From: Takakia lepidozioides
Lineage: Eukaryota; Plantae; Bryophyta
Assembly: GCA_030704615.1 (NCBI GenBank)
Contig: CM060734.1
Location: 31,682,001 to 31,746,000 of the forward strand
Length of the DNA: 64,000 bases
Reading direction: 5' to 3'
Every line of letters begins with the position of its first letter. Position 1 is the first letter of the stretch. The notes under the pieces are model-generated. The model made no database searches and had not been told where the DNA came from. It worked only from the letters and a program-made list of their open reading frames with translations. Shown one piece after another: positions 25,331 to 37,672 of this stretch. The position numbers were made by a program, and so were the translations under genes.

Positions 25331-26013
25331 GGTGAAAGACGAATAATTCTGAGCTAGACGGAGCTCGAAAGTGGAGAGGCCCACGACTTCCGTGGATTTC
25401 GTTCATCAATACCTGACAGACAGTTAAAGAGTCCTTGAAGAACAGTTGTGTAAACAGTTGTTAAAACAGGCGTCAAGCAGTTATGTGCCTGCCCACATCT
25501 AGTGCAAAAGACGGTTGAGCCGGAAAATCTCGGATACAATGGTTGGAGAAATGTTTTCAGGCACGTGGGCCCAGTCATTGCATTCATAGCACGGCTCCCA
25601 GAATGAATGCAGAACCAATGAGAAGTTCTAAACCGCCGCAATGCGCAAAATCAATTTGCACATGTATGGACATCGAATCCAGGGTATGGCCATACGGACA
25701 CAAGAGGTGACGGCGGCCGGTGCCAAATGCACAAATGGTCCTGTGCTACGTGAACACGTGTGAGGTGAACCCATGCATAACCGTCGCGAGCGTTGCCCCG
25801 CCGGCATCCCCTCGCACAACATCTCTGGGCCCAACACATCCTCATTTTCAAGCTGGAGACTAGCAGGAGACTGAGTTCCCACAGAAAGAGTGGTAGGCGT
25901 AGAAGGCAGTATTTTTTTTTCACCTCAGCGCGAGAGAGGAAGAGGGCTAGAGAGAGAATGAGAGGCCGCTTCAAGAGATAGCAGAGGAGAGTTCGGCCCT
26001 GGAAACAGAACAA

Positions 26014-29000
26014 ATGACTGTGCAGGACCAAACGGTCGGGGCTGCCGAAGGAGGGGATGAAACACCATCAGAGAGCGACACAGAGGATATGGACACAGAG
26101 GAGCTCGACGCTGTTGCAAAGGAGCCCACGCCAAAGGGGAAGAGTGTTGTTGAGAAGGAGGCGACACCGAAGAGGAAGCAGGCTGTGCAGACGGTTAGTG
26201 CCGCTACATCCAAAGCATCAGGGAGTGCTCCCCCGAAAGTACCACAGGTGATGATCTTCCTTCCTCTCTTTTGGTGCAGATTGAAGGGCATGGAAATTGC
26301 GTGCGCTGATGCACGCAATCTTATGCCCTGCATTCATGTCTTTTCCTCTTCACAGTTGAGTGAAGTAGATCAATGTGAGTGTTATGATAGTTACATGAGT
26401 GTTCTGCTAGTTTTTCCTTTACTCCTTTCTTTTGTTCACTGAACAAGGAAGGGAGGTTGTGTTTGGAGCAGGACCTTCAGAGCACCTCCAGAAAATGCGT
26501 GCGTTGACGCACGCATTTTCTGGAGGTGATCTGAAAGCCATGTTTTGCACTGAGCATCTATAACTGCAGCCATGAACAGAGGGAAATGGGCTGCATGATA
26601 TCCGCTTTAGCAAGCTCCACATGTCCCTAAGAGACCCCCAGAAATTGCGTGCATCAACGCACTCAATTTTGGAGGGTGTTGTGAAGGACATCGAGAGCGA
26701 GAAACAGATCTGAATGCCATGATTTTTGAGCACAGAAAGATCGTCTTAAATCCACGAGTGACACTTCAGAGCACCCACCAAAATTGCGTGCGTTGACGCA
26801 TGCAATTTCTGGGGTTGTTCTGAAGGACATTCTCTGGATTATGGGTCTCTCATTTCGAGATCAATGCACATGCATATCTTCAACTTGAAGAGAGGATGCA
26901 CAGTTTGTAGAGGCTTCAGAAATGCGTGCGTCAACGCATTCAATATGTGACATTGCTTTTACATGGAGAATTTTTCTTTCTGAATGCAAGCGAAGAAAAG
27001 GAGAGATGCTCCCCTGGAGTAGGATGAAGATGAAGACCACGAACTTGTTGTTTTTGAGGAGGAAGACGATGGCAGGCCATACCAGGACAGGGCAAAAGAT
27101 CTGTTGTCCTTCTCGAAAGTGAACTCAGCCCAAGTCATCAAGGCCATGGGCGTTCCTGGGGTGAAATTTATGATCCCACTCTGTAGGTTGATCTCTATGA
27201 AGTTCGTCCGACCAGCCCTCACGAATGACATTGCAAAGCTGGAATAGGATTTTTGCCATGGGTACATAGAGGGTCAATCTGTGTTTTACGTTTCGTTGGG
27301 CGACGCCAACGGCAGGGAAGTTTTGGTGGACGAGACCATTGTTGGAGGCTAGGATCCAATACGGCGACGCATCAACAACGAGTTTGAATCAATTATTTGC
27401 AAGAGGCTTGTTACACAGCCTTTCTCAGGCAAGATGTTCCATGTCTGGGATGGCAACCACCGATTGCTTGCCTGACTGAACATGATATCGAGGTATCATA
27501 GCACTGAGGAGGAGTGGCACTATTGTGTGGCCTCCATGGTGCTTGGATCCCAAGGGAAACATCACTGCGCTCTTGACAGCAATGCATGACGTGAACAAGT
27601 AAGTGTCTTTCCTAAAATAACCTGATTCTTTCCCTCATGTATGTGTTCGGGAATCATATCAGACATGTGATGACATACCACTGCTTGTGGTAGGGGAACC
27701 GAAACCGCCCATGTTACAACGAACCTGGTACACACCCTGTTCAGGATCCAGAATATTGGCCAAATGCCCCTCAACACATTCAAGAGCATCCTGAGCCCAG
27801 AAACCTTCGCGAAATGCCAGACCTCCAAAAGGTCTGACACATGGTACAAGCTGACAAGGGGAGCATTCATGGAATACATGTACACGGTTAGTATATCATC
27901 ACCAAGAACTTTCATTTTCTAGTACAATTCAAATTATTCTGTTATCTGATTTTTGATTGGTTTTTGCAGCAAGAGATAGTGGAGGCTGGGGAGAGGGCTA
28001 AAGCAGAGTACTACTTCAAAACCCCCGAGGGGATGAGAACATTGAAGGGAGTGGCTGAAGCAATGAAGTTAAAGGTGAATGAGACTCGGAAGAAGATCAT
28101 GAGCGCCTTTGTGAAACAACTGAGAATATCAGACCCTGCCTTTGGGCCTCAATTCTTGAACGAGGTGAGGAACCACTGGAACAACAATACCAAGCCAGAG
28201 ATGACATAGGAAAAGCTGCATCGCTTGTCAACTGCAGTGGTGGATTCCGAGCAGAAAGTTAAATGGTTGGAGATTTGGAATTTTGACCCAACAGTGAACG
28301 ACACATATTGCTTCCCAAAGGGGGAAAGAGATGAAAACACTGCCCACATCAGGCCCTTCAGCGATCAAGTTTTTGATACATGGCTGCACAAAGCCACGTA
28401 CTGGAGCCAGGTAATCTTGTGGATTGTCTTTTCTTGAATTTACAGAAGGACCTTCCCTGGTATGGACTCTAACATTTTGGATTGCGTCTTTTGACAGATT
28501 GAAGCTCGTGCAAACCAGGTGCTGGAGAAGCAGCTAAATGCTTACAAGATGACGATGACCTTACCCGAAGATACTCTGGAGGATTACTTGAGACGGTGGA
28601 AGGCGACAGCGTGGGGTAACTGTTTCTTCAAAGAGTTCGCCGAGGAGGGGGGCATATCCCGCACAAAAGAGTTCGAGCAGCAGTTCGGAGCCGAGGGAGC
28701 CATGAAAAGGGTCCTGTACAGGTGGGTCATTTGAACTAAGCAGGTTCACCTTCTACCTTTATGGCCCTCCAAAATTGTGTGCGTCACCGCACGCATTTTT
28801 GGAGGGTTGGATCTCTGGACTGTTTTCCCTATGTCTCATTCAATGTAGGCTCGTTTCTTCATGTTATGAGTTCTTGTTGTCTGACCTCTACCTTCAATTG
28901 TCCTTTGACGTTTATTAAGTTGTTTTCCCGTTGTGTGCGTGTTTGTCAACTTTTTTTGGACCCCCAAAAATGTGTGCGTTCATGCACACAAATTTCAGGG

Positions 29001-31220
29001 GCCACACATCATGTAGTTTCTTATCCACTTTCTGATACTGTGCCTGCATTGTTTTGTAGGTATATCAAGAACGTTCTGATTCATGGGAACAACCTCAGCA
29101 AGTACCCAGGCTTCATCGACTTGTGGGCTGACTCCTCCAACAGCCATACCATGTACACTGCAGCAATCCTCAGGGATTACGGTAGATATCACCTCAAGGA
29201 CTGCTGCTGGTATCTCGACATACCCAAATCAGATTGCCCATGGTATGAGTTGCAGACACGGAACCAGAATGACAATGCGGAGTCCTTGGCTCCTCTAACA
29301 GATAGGGAACTACATGACAGAAACCTGCGAAACCTTGCTGAGAAGGAACTTGCAGCCACTAACACTCCGTCGAGAGGGAAGGGGAAGGGAAAGGGCACAA
29401 ATGACGAAGGGAAGGAGAAGAGCGCCCAAGGGGTTGCTGCAGTAGGTGTTGGTTCCCAGACCCCAATTGCAACCAAGGATCGCAAACGCAAGGGGAAGTT
29501 TGAGCCATACGACGCAGTGGAGCACCCATCCCGAATCAACCGAGAATGCAGATGCGAGCTTGTGAACGACTCATTCCTTGCCATGATGGAGACCAGGAAA
29601 GGTGGTTACACTGGAGATCCCTCTCCAAAGTGGGTTAAGATGAGTGCTTTTCTGGAGTCGGTAAGCAAATTTCTCACCTTCACTGGTGCAAAATTCTCAC
29701 CTTTACTGTTGCAAATTCCCATCTTAGATGTGGTTTTGAATTTTTGTCGGCGGTGTTTGTAGGTTTCGTCGGGGCGAGATTGGGTGAATGGTGCTCAGAA
29801 GCCGTGTGCTGCAGACATGGTGATTGTTGACATTCCAGACGGGCAGGCGGTACCAGACATTCTCCCCACTGGCACTTGCCCAACCTGGAATGCATTTGAC
29901 GAAAGGTACTGGCGGTGGGTCTTCTCTTTTTGCAAGTTCTTTCTGTCGGATGGAGGGGTTCTGGTGATGATTCAGTCCATCACTACGAAATGCCGTTGGG
30001 AGATTTCAAGCTATCAGAAGGCCTCGGGGATGAAGATCATCAAAACGTGGAATGGTGTGAACAGCTTGTACCTGACAAATGGTGACTGCCTGGGACAAAT
30101 GGTAATCCTCCTTCTCTTTTCTGCTTCAATTTGTTTGCAATTTGGCCCCTCCGGAATTGAGTGCGTTGACGCACTCAATTCCGGATGGGTGCAATCGCTC
30201 TCATCTGAGTGGGATTTTGAATCATATCTTATCTGATTCGTGATGTCTTTTTGAGCAGACCCGCCTTTTTGAAACCGTGTGCCTCGTCATGATTCGCCCA
30301 GCTTCCACTCCAGTGTCAGTGAAGGAATTCAGGCTTCATGGGGGAGGCTGTTTTATCAACGACAGGTTTGATCATGTGGTGGACGACATTCACTACAACT
30401 ACGTGGATTCTAATGTGTGTTTGAGAAAGTCCAATTCCACACCATGGAGAGGGGCGAAGGAGAAGAGCCCAACTTTTATTCTGACAATTATAGAGACATG
30501 CTCTCATCCGGGGTTGCGCATCGTGGACCTCACTCTTGGGACAGGTTAGACCCCGATCAATCTATGGTGTTCTCTTCTTGTTGCAGAGTTTGTTATATCT
30601 TGCTAACAGTACAGCGTCTTGCAGGCGCTTCGTACCATGCTTGCAAGGCTGGGGGCAGGCATTTGTTTGGTATGGAAGGGGATGCGGATATTTTCAATGA
30701 CATCATTGTAGGCTTGCAAGGGCCAGCCCCTGCCGTCCAGGAACAGGAGGGTACAGTGCATGTGGATATCAACGAAGGGGACGACAAAGACTTGGACGAC
30801 GATTTTGCATGTGAGTAAGTTGAAATTCTGTATGAATCTTAGTTCTCGAACACAACCCCCCACCATTCCCTTTTCTTCTATGTTTGCTAATGCATTGCGT
30901 TCACGTTGGTTGTCAGGATATTGGAAGCTATTCCTTTGCACAACGTCTGTGTTTTTCAGTCCGACTTCTGGTGCAGCCCTCCACGTTCGTACATCCTGCC
31001 AGAGTACACTGAGGCCATTGCTCGACAATAGTTGTTGAGCAAATCTCCCTAGTGTGCTCGCAAGCAGAAAAGGCACCTAGGAGCTCGGGTTTTCGTGGAT
31101 GATAGTGCCACAGTTTCAGGGGATAGTTGTAGTATTGAGACCATGCGTCAATGTAGTCCGGTTTTGGTTCTGGGCATGTGGCAAGTGCCACACCTATTGT
31201 GTTCCCACACATTTATGTAA
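26014..31220 (+). pseudogene. Intron-containing gene: ParB/Srx-like domain fused to a beta-class N4C/N6A DNA-methyltransferase-like domain
   Basis: Exons ~26014-26247, 26990-27598, 27694-27886, 27970-28410, 28498-28721, 29060-29660, 29763-30101, 30259-30544, 30625-30814 and 30917-~31220 join in phase (GT..AG; first acceptor reads CAA). Motifs VRP...KL..DF..GY and VWDGNHRLLA; DMVIVDIPDG; EKSPTFILTIIETCSHPGLRIVDLTLGTGASYHACKAGGRHLFGMEGD. Several stops and one frameshift. Confidence 0.75.
26284..30185. repeat. Eight dispersed intronic palindromes, consensus AAA(A/T)TGCGTGCGT-TG-ACGCACGCA(A/T)TTT
   Basis: Copies at ~26293-26320, 26483-26528, 26641-26670, 26779-26810, 26919-26945, 28765-28806, 28961-29001, 30150-30185. 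Confidence 0.9.
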
Positions 31221-32246
31221 TACAATTCCTGCATACATGCCTGGTAATGTCGTTGAACGCTCGTTCCTCAATTTCAAGGCTTGTATGCATTTGCAAATAT
31301 GACTTATGTGTGTATTTATGTCTTCATTTCGCATCACTTTGTCATTTTTGCATGAGCTAACGTTTTAGGTGCAAGCCTTATGGCTGCAGTAGGTATGCAC
31401 TATCGGCTTCAACGCTAGATGAAGGGCATGACACTGATGCCTAACATTGGTTATGGGTCAAACAGGAAGTGTATGCATGTGCTGCCAAGTGGTTTCGTCA
31501 AAATTTTGTTGCACAATGTGAAAGACCTCGAACTCGTCATGCCCAACTTTAATGGGTATGCTTACAACCAATGAATAAGCTTGCAGCCACTTCAGTGTGG
31601 TGATATGGTGCGTTCCCTCCAGTGTGGTGCTCAAATGGCTCGATATGTGTCGACACTGAAGTGGAAAACAAAAGTGAAGCGTGCTGCACATGGAAAATGC
31701 TCTAATAACCAGTGGGAAAATATCAAAGAATAGAATATGTGCCTGGCATTTGTTGTGTTGTCTTATTCTACATAGGTTTCATCGGTCCACTTTTCCCCAA
31801 ATGGCAGACATTGGTTAAATCTTATCATGTGCTTCATGAGGGATTTTCTCATTGCACATTCATCCACTCTCATTCATCCATTAGATTTCATCCACATTCA
31901 TCCACATTCGCAGCGTGGCATCCACATTCACTGTCTATCATCCTCATGAATTCATCCACAACCATTGTATATTCGGTCTCTGCAAACACAATCATTCAAT
32001 AACATCGCCCACATATGTTCCATTTGTGCCGAATGCGCAATTCCGCGGCTATGGGCCCCCTTATACCTTTTCGGCCCACGGTTATAAGTCGCTGCCTATG
32101 TAAATGACGTCAACCTGCCGTGACGTGGCGTCTACCAAGCTGGTAGGATGTGATGATGTGGAATCAGACACAGCCGCCTAGGTAGCAAGAACTGCTGACG
32201 TGGCGTGAGCGTGGCTGCGCTCACATGCTCACGCTTCAGCATCCCC

Positions 32247-32358
32247 CCGCCTCCTTGAGTGCCTCGGGCACTCAAGGGTGCTTCAGCCCCCATACCTATT
32301 GTTGCCACTGCCCCTCTTGTGTCCCGACCCCCTGCCCTCAAGGCAAAGGGCCGCGACA
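32247..32358 (-). repeat. First 112 bp of the split 5' LTR
   Basis: Reverse complement begins TGTCGCGGCCCTTTGCC, the same start as solo LTR 12357. Confidence 0.9.
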
Positions 32359-35300
32359 TTGCTTCACAGTTCCGGTAAAAATCAGAGTGCAAAATCGAGA
32401 TATCTCTGTAGAAGCACTTTTGGACTCAGGGGCTTCAGCATGTTTTATTGACAAAAACTTTGCGAAACAACACAATTTAACGCTCGTAAAGAAGAAACTC
32501 TCGGTCCCCGTTGAAGTCATCGATGGACGACCGTTAGCATTAGGAAATGTTGACCATGAAATTCGACCATTTGAAGTAAAGCTTGAAATTAAGCATCACA
32601 TATTGTTTTCAACGTCATCCAATCTCCAACGAATCCTGTGATCCTTGGACTTCCCTGGTTCGTACTTCACAATCCTGACATCGACTGGCGATCGCGAAAA
32701 ATCTCTCCAAGTCAAAAATGTAGAAATATAGGTATTCAACCCCCATTCCTTGGTTCATGAGAGCTACCAAAAAAGATGCGACATTTGCACTTTATACGAC
32801 TCCTATCAAGACCACAACAAACAAAGGTACTTCAACATTACCCACTCAATATGAAAATTTCAAAGGATATCTTCGAGAAGAAAAATGTAGACATATTGCC
32901 AGAACATCGATCTTATGACTGTGCAATTGAGTTACAATAATGAGCCCAACCACCATTCGGCCCAATCTATAACTTATCCCAGACGGAGTTGGCTGCATTA
33001 TGTGAGTACATTGATGAAAATTTGTCTAAGTACTCCATCCGACATTTAAAATCACCTACGGGGGCGCCTATCTTGTTTGTGAAAAAATGACAGATCATAA
33101 TGCATGTGTGTAGACTATCGCGGTCTCAACAAAGTCACAATTAAGAATTGTTATCTGTTGCCACTGATTTCTAGGCTTCTCGACCAGCTGGGACGAGCGA
33201 AGATTTTCACCAAAATTGACTTGAGAAGAGCTTATAACCTTGTACGGATAAAAGAAGGAGACGAATGAAAAATAGCTTTTCGAACAAGGTATGGACATTT
33301 CGAATACAGTGTTATGCCTTTCAGTCTTACAAATGCTCCAACATATTTCCAACATATGATGAATGACATCTTTCGAGAATTTTTAGATGACTTTGTAGTC
33401 ATCTATTTGGACGACATTTTGATATTTTCATAGAATGAAGAAGAACATGGCCGCCATGTACGGCTTGTCCTTGATAAATTAAGAGAAAGAGGACTATATG
33501 CCAAGTTGGAAAAATGTCTTTTCCATCAATCTGAGGTCAAATTTCTGGGTTACATTATTTCCGACAAAGAAGTCTTTATGGATCAGAAGAAAATATAAAC
33601 CATCATCGAGTGGATTAAATCAACTTCGGTCCGAGATGTACAATGTTTTCTAGGATTTGCAAATTTCTATAGAATCTTCATTAATGACTACTCCAAAATT
33701 GCTGCACCATTGACACGACTCACAGGGAAGGACAAATTTGTATGGGACGAGAAGGCTGACCAGGCATTTGAAAAGCTGAAGCATGCATTTACAACGGCTC
33801 CAATACTGGTACATGCAGATCCATCTAAACCATTCTTTTTGGAAGCAGATGCATCGGACTTTGCACTTGGCGCTATACTATCTCAATACGGTACGGATGG
33901 CCGACTTCACCCTGTTGGTTTTTGTTCTCGCAAATTTTCTGTTGTAGAGACCAATTATGAAATCCATGACAAAGAACTTCTAGCGATCATCGATGCTTTT
34001 GAGGAGTGACGTTATCTATTGGAGGAGCTAAACATCAAGTCACTGTCTACACCAATCACAAAAACCTTGAATATTTTATGTGCTCGTGTTTTGAATCGAC
34101 GTCAAGCAAGATGAGGTATGTCACTAACAAGGTTTGATTTTGTTATTACCTATCGCCCCGGACATCTTCAAGGGAAACCTGATGCTCGTTCTGGACGCGC
34201 CGAAAAAAAAGGAGGCAGCTTTCGACCAACAGAAATCCATCATCTTGAAACCAGCAAATCTCTAATTGAATATGTTATCCATGTCCACCTATGACGATGC
34301 AGAGATCATAAAGGAGATTCAGGCAGCATTGAAGAGCGACCAATTTGCTACGACACTAGGAAGTCAACTAAATCGACCTCGAGACAACCCACATGTTACA
34401 AATGACTTCGAATTAAAAAATGACTTACTTTATTTCAAGGGACTTCTCTATGTACCTCCAGAACCTACACGACTTCGAATTTTTCAAACATGTCATGATC
34501 TTACAGCTGCAGGACATTTTGGCTTCAACAAAATAATGGAATTGATATCCAGGGACTATTGGTGGCTGTAGATGTGGAAACTTGTGAATTTATAAAGTCT
34601 TGCGACACGTGTACTAGAGCAAAAAGACCACGACATTGACCTTACGACCTTCTTCAACCATTACCCATTCCCAAGGGTCCATGGTCATCCGTGTCTATGG
34701 ACTTTATTACGGACCTTCCAATTTTCAAACTCACCGATTCAATCCTTGTTATTGTAGATCGTTTTACGAAGATAGCACATTTCATTCCATGTAATAAGAC
34801 GGTTACCGGCGAGGAACCTGCAAGACCGTTCCTCAATACTATCTACTACCTTCATGGACTCCCGAAGGACATCGTATCTGATTGAGGACCACAGTTCATA
34901 TCAAATTTCTGGAGGGGATTATTTCACATACTGGATACTAAGACCTCTCTACAGCTAATTATCCACAGACTGATGGTCAAACCAAACGCGTAAACCAGAT
35001 TTTGGAGCAGTATCTTCGTTGTACGATAAATTATCACTAAGATAATTGGATGGACCTTCTGTCATTGGCTGAGTTTGCCTACAACAACACTATACATTCT
35101 TCGACCAAACAAACTCCATTTTTTCTCCAATTATGGTCATCATCCTCGAGCAAACCCTTTCCACATGAAGACTGTTGGAAGCCCTACTGTAGAAAGCGTT
35201 GCTACTCATCTTGCTACGATTCACAAGGAGCTTACATTCCACCTCGCAGAAGCTAAAAAACAATACAAGGAATATGCAGATCAATATCGTCAACTCCAGC

Positions 35301-35719
35301 CCCAGTTCAAGGTCGGAGATCATGTGTGACTTCTTCGACGGGACATACAAACCTCGCGACCATCAAGGAAGTTGGATTATCAACGCCTAGGATCATTCAA
35401 AAAAATTTGACAAATAAATCTGGTTAGTTTTCGGCTTGAACTCCCACGAAGTATGCGCATCCATCCAGTTTTTCATGTTTCATTATTGGAGTTGTATCAT
35501 CCATCGAATATTCCAAGGAGAGTCTCCATACCATCTTCACCAATCGAAGTCAATCAGAAAATCGAGTATGAAGTCGACGAAGTCTTATACTCTCGCATCA
35601 AATATAAACGTCTTGAGTATTTCGTACATTGGAAAGACTACGACATCAACGAACGAACGTGGGAACCTTCATCCAACCTCGCCAATGCATCTGACAAAGT
35701 CCAAGAGTTTTATCAATGA
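32359..35719 (+). pseudogene. Chromoviral Ty3/gypsy pol (PR-RT-RH-IN-chromodomain), heavily decayed
   Basis: ALLDSGASACFID; YLDD; EADASDFALGAIL; SMDFITDLP; EYEVDEVLYSR...YFVHWKDY...TWEP. Confidence 0.9.
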
Positions 35720-36352
35720 TATCCAACTAAGCCCCGAGCTACACATCAATAAGACGTCACAATGATGTCAGCCAAGTTAGCTTCAAGGTGAAGGCTCCAC
35801 ATTCAGTGTACCTGATACACGCTAAGGAGGGAAGAACACCACATATTAGTATATATAGCTACACTTCCAGCACTCTTGCATCTTGTATTAGCAGCATAGA
35901 ATCATAGGAACTAGATACATTGGAGCTGTCGCTTACCCAACTACCAGATCAGTCGTTCCGACTCTCACGACCTTCAACATCACGCCGACGTTTTCGAGAC
36001 GATGGGCCACCAATGCGAATAGTACTTATTCGTCTGGACCCCGTACGACGACAAGTGGAGCCTAGTCGAAGTCTGATAATCCTATTGGAGGTTGAGGCTT
36101 CGGACCCAGAGGGCAACGAAATCATGTTTGAAGGCAGCTTCGAAAATCAGAATGCTCAAATCACTGCGTGGTCCCAAGTTCAAGGTGTTGGACACTATCG
36201 ATGGTTGTAGGGACCTATAAATCATTTGAGTCAAGAACGAAGAGCCAAATACTTGGCAAGTACCATTCGCCGGATTTTGGATTTTCTCCAACTCTAAGCA
36301 AGTCCAAGATTTTACCGCTCCTCGAGGAACTCGGCGCTAGAAGAGGGGGTGA

Positions 36353-36733
36353 TGTCACGGACATAGCCCAGAGGAACTTACCAGGAGTAAATACCAGAAG
36401 TTACCAAGTTACCATGTTATCGGAAGTTACATGACTATCATGATTTACCATAAGTTACCATTAGTTATCAAGTTATCGGGAGTTTACCACATTACTGACA
36501 GTAACTTGGGAAACTGCTCAGGAAGCTTCATTTGGAGGAAACTTCTTCATCAAGATACCTCATTTGTTTAAGGAAACTTCTCCATCACGCTTCAATGTTT
36601 TTCGTTTCATTTGTATGCAATATACTGTGCGAGGGACAGTCATGATTAAAACGAAATGATTTGTGTTAAAGCCAAAAAAAAAAAAAAAAAAAAAACGATG
36701 GAACCTCCTAGAACCACGCTGGGAGTGTCAACA
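36353..36733 (+). repeat. Probable 3' LTR of the chromovirus
   Basis: PPT AGAAGAGGGGGTGA followed by TGTCACGG...GTCAACA; 3' boundary inferred because there is no partner LTR in the window. Confidence 0.6.
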
Positions 36734-37334
36734 ATGAAGCACCCAAGCTAACACTGGGACAAGAGAACTCAAGACGTCTTGCGATTTTCCCCGGAACCCT
36801 TCATTGTCCATTTTCATGTACTAAATGGATGGATCTCCCTTCATTTGTGAACCACTTAATGAGATTAAGGCAATTCCTACAGCAGTGAACAAATTCCACA
36901 GAATAAGCTCCATTAAATTAGTGATTTCAAATGATGATATAAGCCCTCCATTAGTATTGAGTGGCTGTATGGTTTACCAAGTTTCAGATTCGGAAACACA
37001 ACCCAGTACCCACCTAGAGAGAGAAGTACCAAAGCACCTGTAAATTATGGTGTCACTTGAAGGGTTGGAAAGGGGACTCGAGGGTACTATGAGCATAGTT
37101 GCAAATTTGGACATGACGTGGCGTTGATGCGTCAGCGTCACGTCTGACGTCAGCGACGAACGTGCGTCACATTATGTCCAAAACGGACGTTACTGTACAT
37201 AATTATGTTTATTTTTTTAACTTTACTATTGACTATTTACTATGAGAACCAACGTGGTAACCGATGTGGCCTTATTATGTGGACTTCATTATTTTTCTGT
37301 AAAATTCATATATTATGATTTATATTGTCAATTA

Positions 37335-37672
37335 TGCGACCGTCAGCAAGAGGTGGTCGCATATTTTTACTTATTTTTTAAATGGATGCGACCACCAGCA
37401 GGTGGTGGTCGCAACATTTAAAAATAAATAAAAATAGGTGTGACCACAAGCAGGCGGTGGTTGCAGCATTTTCATTTTTTTTAAAATAGGTGCGACCACC
37501 AGCAGGGGTGATCGCACATTTTTAATTATTTTTTAAATGGGTGCCACCACCAGCGCTTAGGGGGGGTCGCACATTTTCGTTTTGTTTTTTAAAATGTATG
37601 ACCACCAGTAGGGGGGGGATCGCAGCAGTTTTTTTTTTGTTATTAGCTGCGACCACCTATAGGTGCGACCGC
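37335..37672. repeat. Left subterminal array of TGCGACCACC-n-GGTGGTCGCA palindromes (~52 bp period)
   Basis: About six copies separated by A/T tracts; best copy 37387-37413 has 11 bp perfect arms. Confidence 0.9.

Larger units (their letters stand above)
21420..32246. mobile_element. Mutator-like element (MULE) with degenerate TIRs, 10.8 kb, two divergent genes
   Basis: TSD (C)CGCCTCCTT at 21410-21419 and 32247-32256 inside an otherwise contiguous LTR; ends share GA(C/T)GCTnnnGCGTGAGC(G/A)TG and subterminal GTGGCGTGAGCG repeats; encodes a MULE transposase. Confidence 0.9.

Noticed and set aside
31230-32100. Possible third MULE gene
   Set aside because: Only short ORFs, with no motifs or consistent splice pattern
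37335-37672. Regularly spaced palindromic repeats resembling a CRISPR array
   Set aside because: Spacers are low-complexity A/T tracts, the context is eukaryotic, the array is mirrored at the other transposon end, and there are no cas genes
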